Source: Octopus sinensis (Eukaryota). Taken from it: a stretch of 12,335 nucleotides of DNA. The number at the start of each line of letters is the position of its first letter. Position 1 is the first letter of the stretch. This document shows positions 1-8,097 of the stretch, in pieces. The notes beneath the pieces are model-generated. The model was not told the origin of the DNA. It saw only the letters and a program-made list of their open reading frames with translations, and searched no databases. The stretch is from the NCBI RefSeq assembly GCF_006345805.1, contig NW_021826634.1, positions 1 to 12,335 of the forward strand, in the 5' to 3' direction. The translations under genes were made by a program, and so were the position numbers.

Positions 1-125
1 GTAGTTGTAGTAGGGTGATAGTAGTAGTAGTAGTAGGGGTGATAGTAGTAGAAGTCGTAGTAGTAGTAGGGGTGATGGTAGTAGTAGGGGTGGTAGTAGT
101 AGTAGTAGTAGTAGGGATGATAGTA

Positions 126-157
<32 letters not shown>

Positions 158-298
158 TGTAGTAGGGGTGATAGTAGTAGAAGTAGTAGTAGTAGTAGTA
201 GTTGTAGTAGGGGTGATAGTAGTAGAAGCAGAGTAGTAGTAGGGGTGATGGTAGTAGTAGGGGTGATAGTAGTAGTAGTAGTAGTAGTAGGGATGATG

Positions 299-329
<31 letters not shown>

Positions 330-420
330 GGGTGATAGTAGTAGCAGTAGTAGGGACGGCGGTAGACGGTTTGATGTTCGTGACGGTGGAGGTGAGGTTT
401 GTCGCAGTAGTAGTGGTGGT
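1..420. repeat. Degenerate (GTA)n trinucleotide repeat with recurring GGGGTGAT interruptions
   Basis: Direct reading of GTA runs punctuated by AGGGGTGATA/G. The Val-rich ORFs here are repeat translations. Confidence 0.95.
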
Positions 421-1044
421 AGTTGTATATATGTATGTGTATATGTGTTTCCAGTTGGATATGTATATATGTGCGTATATATGTGCGTATTGGTGTATAT
501 GCACGTATGTGTATATGTGTGCATACGTGTGTATATGTATATATGTATGCATGTGTATATGTATGTGCGTATGAGCGTGAAATTGCGCATATGTGTTATG
601 TATGTATATATGTGTATATGCATATACGCGTGCATATGTCTTGTGTATGTATGTATTTATATGTGTGTGTGCGTATTTGTGCATGTGTGTTTATATATAC
701 GTATGTGACTATATGTCTATGCGTTCATGAGTGTATATATATGTGTGTGTATGTATTTGTGCATATGTGTCTATGTATGCGTAGTGTCTATATGTGTATG
801 CGTTCATGAGTGGTATATATATATATATATATTATATATATATATATATATATAATATATATATGTGTGTGTGTGTGTGAGTGTAGATATATGTGTGTAT
901 GTGTGTATATGTATGTCTGCATGAGAGAAACAGATAGGTATGTCTGTATGGGGCAGGTAATAAGTAGTGTACATATGTGTATATGTATATATATATACAT
1001 GTATGTATATTTATATATGTGTATATAGATGTGTATGTGTGTGC

Positions 1045-1114
<70 letters not shown>

Positions 1115-1126
1115 TATATATATATA

Positions 1127-1170
<44 letters not shown>
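421..1170. repeat. Compound degenerate dinucleotide microsatellite (ATGT/GT/TA/CA)
   Basis: Alternating purine-pyrimidine tract with pure (TA)n at about 813-862 and 1063-1170. Short internal duplication TATGCGTTCATGAGTG near 718 and 797. Confidence 0.95.
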
Positions 1171-1263
1171 GCTTATGTATGCGAGAGATAGGACGGGTAG
1201 TACTAGGTGGAACGTGGGTAAAATTACGAAATGACACATCCTATCTTCTCAGTTCTTTTCCAG

Positions 1264-1311
1264 AAGCTTCTCTAGACCCCTGTAAAAACTCCCCTTCAGC
1301 AATTCCCCACG
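1264..1311 (+). CDS. Candidate 48-nt internal coding exon (phase 1-1), peptide (E)ASLDPCKNSPSAIPH; host gene unknown
   Basis: Unique island between microsatellites. Acceptor CTATCTTCTCAGTTCTTTTCCAG ends at 1263 and donor ACG|GTAAGG starts at 1312. Length is divisible by 3 and only one of three frames is open. No homology recognised. Confidence 0.4.
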
Positions 1312-1435
1312 GTAAGGGCGAGTCCCTGATATCAACTAACAAGACGTTTTTTTTCTTCTTTTTATTCATTCACTGTCGTCTGCTCGGATTTCTCCATTCT
1401 GCTCTTATTTATTCATTCATTGGTTCATACCTCAA

Positions 1436-1512
1436 ATTATTATTATTATTATTATTATTATATTATTATTATTTTATTATTATTTTTATTATTATTATTA
1501 TTATTATTATTA
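1436..1512. repeat. (TTA)n microsatellite
   Basis: Direct reading. Confidence 0.95.
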
Positions 1513-1582
1513 ATTTCAGTCATTTTGTTTTCAAAAAAATGGTTTATATTTCTGTTAACCTTGTGGCAAACAGAGAATTCAT

Positions 1583-1700
1583 TATTGTTGTTTGTTGTTG
1601 TTGTTGTTGTTGTTGCTTTTTTTTAATGTTGTTGCTTTCATTGTTATTGCTGATTTTTGTTATTGCTGTTGGTGTTGTTGTTGTTGGTGGTGGTGGTATG
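1583..1700. repeat. (TTG)n/(TGG)n degenerate microsatellite
   Basis: Direct reading. Confidence 0.9.
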
Positions 1701-1753
1701 GTTTCTTTCCTTTTTCTTCAATCTTTCCGCTCTCTTCACTTCTACTTCCCCGC

Positions 1754-1870
1754 CTCTTCTTCTTCTTCTTCTTCTTCTTCTTCTTCTTCTTCTTCTTCTT
1801 CTCTTCTTCTTCTCCTTTCTTTTCTTCATCTTCCCCCTCCTCCTACCACCTCCACCGCCTCCTCCTGCTC

Positions 1871-1909
<39 letters not shown>

Positions 1910-1925
1910 ACACACACACACACAT
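1754..1925. repeat. (TTC)n-(CCT)-(CT)n-(CA)n compound microsatellite
   Basis: Direct reading. Confidence 0.95.
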
Positions 1926-2044
1926 AAATAAACAAAAACAGTCGTAACAATCAGTAATGACCACTGTGAACAAAATCACTCTCCCTCTCATTTCCTCTCT
2001 TCGTGTGTGCTACCGTTTCTTCTTTCTCTCTCTCTTTCTGTCAT

Positions 2045-2061
2045 ATATGGAAGTATGTATA

Positions 2062-2126
<65 letters not shown>

Positions 2127-2220
2127 GTGTATATTGTATGGATCTATGTATCAGGATATACATGTGTGTATGTGTGTGTGCATGTGTGTGTGTGTGTGTG
2201 ATTCTGTGTGTGTATGTACA
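2045..2220. repeat. (TA)n/(TG)n microsatellite, possibly the internal microsatellite of the adjacent SINE
   Basis: Direct reading. It sits where the internal microsatellite lies in the complete copy at 4641-5145. Confidence 0.9.
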
Positions 2221-2254
2221 CATCTTACGATATCCGCATCTGATCTTAATTCGC

Positions 2255-2388
2255 TGCACCACCACCAGGCTTTTGTCGGCCCGGGGCTGTAGTAGGATAC
2301 AATTGCCCGAGGTGCCATGCTGTGGGACTGAACCCAAAGTCATTTGATTGGGAAGCAAACTACCTACCCAACAGCCTCGCCTGCGCCT
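2255..2388 (-). mobile_element. tRNA-derived SINE, 5' part only (family 1; octopus OR-type/CORE-like)
   Basis: Aligns by eye to 5005-5145 and 6310-6420. Minus-strand B box GGTTCAGTCCC at 2324-2334, followed by GGCACCTCGGGCAATTG, a CORE-like motif. Confidence 0.85.
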
Positions 2389-2529
2389 ATTACGTTTAAA
2401 ATGTAAATAATATTCAATTCACTGTAGGAATGTTAAGTTAATGCATGAAACTCGTTGTCTGATGCAATAAACAGCCAATCATTTGATAGTAAACACAAAT
2501 TCCCCGTACTTTCAACGCCAATGTGTGTA

Positions 2530-2556
2530 TTAGGTCGTCAAATATGAAATTTGTAG
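2530..2556. repeat. Mariner left terminal inverted repeat
   Basis: Reverse complement of 3781-3807 with 2 mismatches; preceded by TA. Confidence 0.95.
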
Positions 2557-2603
2557 AAAAGGAAAAAAAGTTTGTTAATGTTTTATAAATACAAGGAATA
2601 GTT

Positions 2604-3627
2604 TTATTCATCAAAGTATGCACCCATATTGTCAATACACCTTTGCCATTTTAGCGGTAGCTTGTCCAGCCTGGAATTGTAAAAACCTGGCAATCTAGAG
2701 TCAATAAAATCTTGAAGGCCTGTTTTACAGCTTCGTCAGAATTAAGTTTTTTCCTATCAAAAAGTTATCCAAATTCTGGAAGTAGTTGTCAGTGGGGACA
2801 AGACCAGGTGAGTATGGTGGATGATGGAGAACTTCCAAATTCAACTCTTATAGTTTCGCCAACGTCATTTTTGCGATATGTGATCTGGCATTGACTTGCT
2901 ATAAAATTGCAGTGGATTTGTTGACTAATCTAGGCTGGGGTTTTTTTTTTGTAAGTTTCTGCATCATTTGGTCCAGTGGCTGCAGTATACTTCGACCGTG
3001 ATTGATGAGCCAGATTTAATGAAATCATAATGGATCACACCTGCGCCAGACCACCAAACACACCATCAGCTTCTTTCGATGAATTTTGCTTTTTGGACTG
3101 TGTTTTGATGGCTCGTCTTTGTCCAACCATTGTTCTGAACGTTTACGGTTGTGATATTGGATCCATTTTCTCATCACATGTTGCAATTCGATTCAAAAAT
3201 GATTCATTTTTGTGACGAGAAAGTATAGCATAATTCAGGCTTCCAAACGTTGCTGTTTCTGGTTTTCATTGAGTTCATGTGGAACCCATTTATCCACCTT
3301 TTTCACTTTACCGATTTGAACTAGGTGAGTCAATACTGTTTTCTTGCTAACACCAAACAACAACGATAATTCACAGACACTTTGGGATGGATCTGACTCG
3401 ACGGTGGCTTTCTGTTCGTCATTATCCACCTTTGTTTCTGGCCGACCGCGTTGCTCATTTGTGAGGTCAAAGTTACCAGAACGAAATTTTGCAAACCAAT
3501 TTAATACTGTTTGCTGTGCAATAACATTAGAATGAAATGCTCCATTAATGTTCCGAGCTGTCTGTGATGCTGTATTTCCAAGAAAGAACTCATATTTCAA
3601 AACTGTACGAATTTCCGACTTATCCAT
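2604..3627 (-). pseudogene. Mariner transposase pseudogene (D,D34D family, Hsmar1/cecropia-subfamily-like)
   Basis: ORF 3627-3235 gives the N-terminal HTH region with GRP and DKWVPHEL. Manual translation across frameshifts recovers TCDEKW (D at 3173-3175), VWWSGAGVIHY, QVNARSH (for H/QDNARPH; second catalytic D to V at 2893-2895), HPPYSPGLVPTD and KWQRCIDNMGAYFDE*. Premature stops at 3235-3237, 2899-2901 and 2848-2850, plus several frameshifts. Confidence 0.95.
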
Positions 3628-3780
3628 CTCTAAACAAAAAATAGCAAAAACGATTTATAAATACCTTATAGAGCGCAAAATGAGTTAGAATAAAGAAATA
3701 GATTTGTCATCTTTCTAAAGATTGTCAAAATATAATAATGGCGCAAACTGAGCAGCTGTCAAATTATACCATATACCTTA

Positions 3781-3807
3781 CTACAAATTTCATACTTGAC
3801 GACGTAA
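3781..3807. repeat. Mariner right terminal inverted repeat
   Basis: Reverse complement of 2530-2556; followed by TA. Confidence 0.95.
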
Positions 3808-4011
3808 TACTTACGCATGACCACATAAGAGCCATGTACCATACTTTTTTCTCCAAATGTATTAAATAGTGTCATAATAACAGCATAATTCCTACCTTTT
3901 GCTATAGACTGAAGTGTACTGGTTTGTGTGAGCGAAGAATCTGTCTTACGATTCTTTCCTGCGTCATTCTCATCACATGTCCGTAATTTTTTTTTCTGTT
4001 TTGCACTGTGT

Positions 4012-4315
4012 GGGGGACGCATGGCCTAGTGGTTAGGGATATTGCATTCACGATCGAGACATCGTGGTTTCAATTCCTGAACCGAGTGGTGCGTTGTGTT
4101 TTTGAGTAAAACACTTCATCTCACGTTGCTCTACGATCACTTCGACACCTGACGCGTGGCACACTGTGCCCCTGTTAAGACAACATCGATTTGATGGAGC
4201 GAGTGAGCTAATGCGCAGCACATACATTTGATCATTATAAACAAACCATTTCTGCAGGTCGTTCAGCAAAAAACTGAACTCCCATAAGTCGTTTTCGATG
4301 GGAGAAACCATTATT
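4012..4315 (+). mobile_element. tRNA-derived SINE (family 2)
   Basis: A box TGGCCTAGTGGTT (4022-4034), B box GGTTTCAATTCC (4066-4077), then GTGTTTTTGAGTAAAACACTT resembling the CORE/V-type central domain start. The 3' boundary is approximate. Confidence 0.8.
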
Positions 4316-4321
4316 GCTGGT

Positions 4322-4624
4322 GTTTTTTTCCTTGACGAGCCATGCTTAGCTCATAAGGGCCGGTTTCCCGGTTTCATTGGCGTATAGGTTCCCCACCAAG
4401 ACGGGATGCCCGTTCGTCACAAGTGAGCTGCTAGATGCAGGAGGAAAGAATTAGAGAAAGTTGTGGCGAAAGAGTCAACAGAAGTTCGCCATTACCTTCT
4501 GCCGGAGCCGCATGGAGCTCAGGTGTTTCGCTCACAAACGCACAGATTGCCCAGTCTGAGATTCGAACCCGCGATCCCTCGACCACGAGTCCGCTACTCA
4601 AACCATTCGGCCATGTGCCTCCAC
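4322..4624 (-). mobile_element. tRNA-derived SINE (family 3) with RTE-like 3' tail
   Basis: Minus strand has A box TGGCCGAATGG and B box GGTTCGAATC (4560-4569). Tail GAAACCGGGAAACCGGCCCTTATGAGCTAAGCATGGCTCG followed by an A-run resembles RTE-clade LINE 3' ends (from memory). Confidence 0.85.
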
Positions 4625-4640
4625 TGAGTCCATCAATACC

Positions 4641-4875
4641 CTTTTACTCATTTTACTCCTTTACTTGTTTCAGTCATTTGACTATGGCCATGCTGGAGCA
4701 CCGCCTTTTAGTCGAGCAAATCGACCCCAGGACTTATTCTTTGTAAGCCTAGTACTTATTCTATCGGTCTCTTTTGCCGAACTGCTAAGTTACGGGGGCG
4801 TAAACACACCAGCATTGGTTGTCAGGCGATGTTGGAAGGGGGACAAACACAGACACACTAACATATACACACACA

Positions 4876-4942
<67 letters not shown>

Positions 4943-5145
4943 TATGTGTGTATGTATGTATGTATATATATACATATATACGAGGGGCTTCTTCAGTTTC
5001 CGTCTACCAAATCCACTCACAAGGCACTTTGGTCGGGCCGAAGCTATAGCAGAAGACACCTGCCCAGGGTGCCACGCAGTGGGACTAAACCCGGAACCAT
5101 GTGGTTGGTAAGCAAGCAACTTACCACACAGCCACTCCTATGCCT
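4641..5145 (-). mobile_element. Complete composite tRNA-derived SINE (family 1) with internal (TA)n/(TG)n microsatellite
   Basis: A box TGGCTGTGTGGTAA (5121-5134), B box GGTTTAGTCCC (5081-5091), CORE-like GGCACCCTGGGCAGGTGTCTT, microsatellite about 4855-4980, 3' body, and short (GAGTAAAA)-type tail repeats. Same module order as 6030-6422. Confidence 0.92.
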
Positions 5146-5266
5146 TACTGCAGATAAATCAATAATTTTATACCCCCAAGTTCCAACGTCTGTTATTGAT
5201 GATTACGTTAACTTCTCGAGATAGATTTAAATTTAAAATCTAATTTTTTTTTCAAAATTTAAACAG

Positions 5267-5333
5267 TGAATCGTTTAAGAATCTTTCTAGACTATCAACA
5301 CATGAACAAAAAGCAGCTTCAACTCTTGTACAG
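5267..5333 (+). CDS. Candidate 67-nt internal exon; host gene unknown
   Basis: Branch-like CTAAT at 5240-5244, T-run, acceptor AAACAG ending at 5266, donor CAG|GTACGG at 5334. Two frames are open: NRLRIFLDYQHMNKKQLQLLY or ESFKNLSRLSTHEQKAASTLVQ. Confidence 0.3.
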
Positions 5334-5634
5334 GTACGGAAGTTACGAGAACATTTCAACCCACGTGACATAGCAAGAAAGGGTGGCTGTGCAGTTGCAT
5401 AACGAAAAATAGCCTCTTGTATTTCTCATGCTTGTTTTATCGGGTGAAAGTGAATGGGTAGGAACCGGATATTCACATTTAAATAATTAGCAAAATACTT
5501 TAAGTAAACATGAGAAATCTGATGCACATTGTTCCATAGTGATAAGGCTTTTTGTTGACAATTTGCACTGCTTACTGCCTACCCTGGTTACACATATTAC
5601 ACGTATACACACATTCATTCATACATACGTACGT

Positions 5635-5668
5635 ATCTATCTATCTATCAATCAATCAATCTATCTAT

Positions 5669-5735
<67 letters not shown>

Positions 5736-5825
5736 GCAAGCTAGCTAGCTAACTCTGTCTATCTATTTCTCTCTCTCTCTATCTATCTATCTATTTATCT
5801 ATCTACCTCTCTCTCTCTCTGTATG

Positions 5826-5857
<32 letters not shown>

Positions 5858-5941
5858 GTATGTAATTGTTATATACATATAGATATGTATATGTATATAT
5901 ATACATACATATATATATACATGTATATATATATATGCGTG

Positions 5942-6025
<84 letters not shown>
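5635..6025. repeat. Compound microsatellite (TCTA)n-(TC)n-(TA)n-(TG)n-(GA)n
   Basis: Direct reading. Confidence 0.95.
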
Positions 6026-6027
<2 letters not shown>

Positions 6028-6029
6028 CG

Positions 6030-6422
6030 TTTTTTTTTCTTGTTTCAGTCATAAGACAGCGGCCATGCTGGGACACCACCTTGAAGAATTTTTAGTTGAA
6101 TGAATCGACCCCAGTACTTATTTTTAAAGCCTGGTACTTATTCTATCAATCCCTCTTTGCCGAATCGCTAGATTACGAGGGCCTAAACACACTAGCACCA
6201 CTTGTCAAGTGACGTTGGGGGGGGCCAAACACAGATACAAAGACACACACACACATAGATATATGTACATATATATATATAACCACGAGCTTCTTTCAGT
6301 TTCCGTCTACCAAATCCACTCACAAGGTTTTGGTCGGCTTGAGACTATAGTAGAAGGCACTTGCCCAAGGTGCCACGCAGTGAGATTTAACCCGGAACTG
6401 TGTGGTTGGGAAGCAAGCTTCT
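6030..6422 (-). mobile_element. SINE family 1 copy, slightly 5'-truncated (A box lost), short internal microsatellite
   Basis: Colinear with 4641-5145, e.g. TGTTTCAGTCAT, GGCCATGCTGG, GTACTTATTCTATC, CAGTTTCCGTCTACCAAATCCACTCACAAGG, GGTGCCACGCAGTG. Confidence 0.92.
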
Positions 6423-6455
6423 CACTTGATATGTATATATATATATATATATAGA

Positions 6456-6834
6456 TTATATTAATAATAATAAATATTAGGGAATAAATCCAAATTTACA
6501 GGGAAAAAAAAATCAGATTTAGGATTAAATCGATTTTATAGTAAAATATTATAAAATATTATTAGAGACAAAACCACTATTTTGCAAAACAACAAGAAGA
6601 CTTAATCAATACATAAAATTTTAATAATAGTCAAAAAACAACCCGCCACTAAATCGTTTCTTGTCTTGATCGACAATCTTCAGAGGACATTGTCGATCAA
6701 GACAAGAAACGATTGTAGTGGCGGTTTTTTTGACTATTTATTAAAATTTTATGTATTGATTAAGTCTTTCCTTGTTTGTTTTGCAAAATAGTGGTTTTGT
6801 CTCTAATAATATTTTATATATATATATATATATA
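6456..6834. mobile_element. Fold-back element in (TA)n with about 128-bp arms (6550-6677 / 6689-6818); probable Penelope-like (pseudo-LTR) or MITE-type relic
   Basis: Arms are reverse complements with only a few indels and substitutions; 11-nt spacer CTTCAGAGGAC; (TA)n on both sides. The family assignment is an inference from the hammerhead motif. Confidence 0.7.
6645..6688 (-). ncRNA. Degenerate minimal type-I hammerhead ribozyme motif 1
   Basis: Minus strand reads GTCCT-CTGAAGA-TTGTC(GATCAA)GACAA-GAAAC-GATT-TA-GTGGC. The sister arm on + has GAAAC-GATT-GTA-GTGGC, restoring a GUA triplet. Stem I is weak. Confidence 0.5.
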
Positions 6835-7047
6835 GTTTAAGAACTAACATAGAATTCAGATTAATGAACTCTATAAATCTACGCTTCTACACTTCATTAC
6901 ATATAAATAATACCATGGCTTTGAAATGTCTATAAACGAAACACCAGGTAAAAATCCTGTTTAAAGAGATATAAAATACACAGGACCTGCTTAGAAAACG
7001 TATATAAAACTCGACTAAAAATTATCTAAAAAAGATTATTACACTAA

Positions 7048-7308
7048 GTAAAACCGACTAAAAATTTAAAGAGAAAATAGGCGGGTATGCCTGAATATGG
7101 GGTATTCCGTTGAATACATATGAATGATCTAGACATGGAAAATTCGCAGATAATGCGCAATAAGATAGAAGAGTAGAGAGTAAGAAAATAAGGAAATGAG
7201 GTTCTACTTGTCTCTGATGACGGAGTGCCCCATATTCAGGCTTACTCGCCTATCACTTGGGATATCCTAGAAACAGCTGTGAAACCGACTAATTTGAGAA
7301 TAATATAG
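7048..7308 (+). mobile_element. Retrozyme/PLE-like unit bounded by direct repeats AAACCGACTAA (7051, 7282) with internal 33-bp inverted repeat
   Basis: Direct repeat spacing is 231 nt. Inverted repeat 7078-7110 / 7220-7252. Hammerhead motif at the 3' boundary. Confidence 0.5.
7210..7285 (+). ncRNA. Interrupted/degenerate hammerhead ribozyme motif 2
   Basis: GTCT-CTGATGA(7214-7220)-[37-nt segment]-TGGGATATCCTA-GAAAC(7270-7274)-AGCT-GTG-AAAC. Palindromic stem III ACAGCTGT; stem I 3/4 bp; triplet GUG violates the NUH rule. Confidence 0.5.
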
Positions 7309-7475
7309 ACGTTTGTTGTCCTCTTTCACAAATATATACATCTGCTAAATCGGAAACCTAAACTGGATCCAAATCTCCCGTCTCAGTTACGAGCTTGGAA
7401 CCCTGATAATCCATTACAGCACTTACCCAGCGCACCTATTCGCTTAGATCACCAGTGAATTGAACCCCTATGTTC

Positions 7476-7608
7476 TATTCTTTAACAAGAATAGTATTAA
7501 CAGTGACTTTAACATTTCGGCCAGCTACGCCATCATCGGTCAATCCGATAATGGCTCAGTTGGCTGAAACTTCGAAGTTACTGTCAATACTATTCTTATT
7601 AAAGAATA
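7476..7608. repeat. 133-bp palindrome (64-bp arms, 5-nt loop TCAAT, 52/64 identity, ungapped)
   Basis: Arms 7476-7539 and 7545-7608 aligned by hand: 12 mismatches, 10 of them transitions. Confidence 0.92.
7541..7583 (+). ncRNA. Degenerate minimal hammerhead ribozyme motif 3 (mirror copy on minus strand, 7501-7539)
   Basis: CAAT-CCGATAA-T-GGC(TCAGTTG)GCT-GAAAC-TTCGAA-GTT-ACTG with a perfect palindrome ACTTCGAAGT (7569-7578). Mirror arm reads CCGATGA-T-GGC..GCC-GAAAT..GTC-ACTG. Confidence 0.45.
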
Positions 7609-7720
7609 AATTTGTATAATACAAAAGTATGGTGTAGCTCTTCAGATTCATGTAAAACTGATTTGGTTATAATTAAACATAAAAACAAACATTAATATGT
7701 TTGTATGTATATATGTCTAT

Positions 7721-7905
7721 GTGTCAGTCTGTCTGCCCCCACTGTTTGACAACCGGCGCAGGTTTGTTTATGTCCCTGTGTGATGTAGCGATTCAGTAAA
7801 GGGGTGCGATAGAATAAATACTTGATCTAACAAATAAGTTCTGGTGAGGTTGATGTGTTCGGTACTTCAGCATGGCCGCAATCCAATGAATGGAACGAGT
7901 AAAAG
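7721..7905 (+). mobile_element. SINE family 1, 3' body only, more diverged, opposite orientation to the other copies
   Basis: TTGACAACC, GATAGAATAAATACT, CAGCATGGCCGCA and GAGTAAAAG are reverse complements of motifs in 4641-4860 and 6036-6240. Confidence 0.85.
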
Positions 7906-7920
7906 CAAAATTAGAAAACA

Positions 7921-7997
7921 ATACACACATATATATATATATATATTATATACACACTGCCACTGCTTGCACCACCACCACCACCACCACCACCACT
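7921..7997. repeat. (TA)n and (CAC)n microsatellites
   Basis: Direct reading. Confidence 0.9.
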
Positions 7998-8048
7998 GAA
8001 AGATAAAAGGTATGTATAAAAAAAAACCATGCTTAGTGATCAATTGGG

Positions 8049-8097
8049 TTGACTGACGATATCCTGTAATATCGAAACTTTTCTGTTTTTGTCACAA
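8049..8097 (+). ncRNA. Weak hammerhead-like motif 4
   Basis: TTGA-CTGACGA-TATCCTGTAATATC-GAAAC...GTC-ACAA. Stem II forms only if it borrows the GA of the core (GATAT/ATATC), and there is no palindromic stem III. Confidence 0.25.

Larger units (their letters stand above)
2530..3807 (-). mobile_element. Full-length mariner DNA transposon (1278 bp), inactive
   Basis: Left TIR TTAGGTCGTCAAATATGAAATTTGTAG (2530-2556) and right TIR CTACAAATTTCATACTTGACGACGTAA (3781-3807) match at 25/27. TA duplications at 2528-2529 and 3808-3809. Transposase remnant inside. Confidence 0.97.

Noticed and set aside
15-2358. Numerous ORFs rich in V, YI, CV, L and S
   Set aside because: They are translations of microsatellites open in several frames on both strands, with no coding complexity. 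Only the island at 1264-1311 was kept.
3930-3990. Minus-strand TCDENDAGKNRK, resembling mariner TCDEKWIxYxNRK, with a 14-nt match to 3168-3181
   Set aside because: Too short, spacing differs by one residue, and no further transposase similarity is visible on either side.
4012-4085. Possible genuine tRNA gene (likewise 4550-4624 and 5075-5145)
   Set aside because: A and B boxes are present, but no complete cloverleaf is evident and each continues into a SINE body.
4435-5224. ORFs of 92-148 aa over the SINE cluster
   Set aside because: They lie wholly within SINE and microsatellite sequence.
5222-5242. Near-palindrome TAGATTTAAATTTAAAATCTA
   Set aside because: Short and AT-only in the core; likely chance.
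7613-7650. Small palindrome TTTGTAT-A-ATACAAA and a minus-strand CTGAAGA
   Set aside because: No stem II or GAAA in the right position; short AT-rich palindromes are expected by chance.
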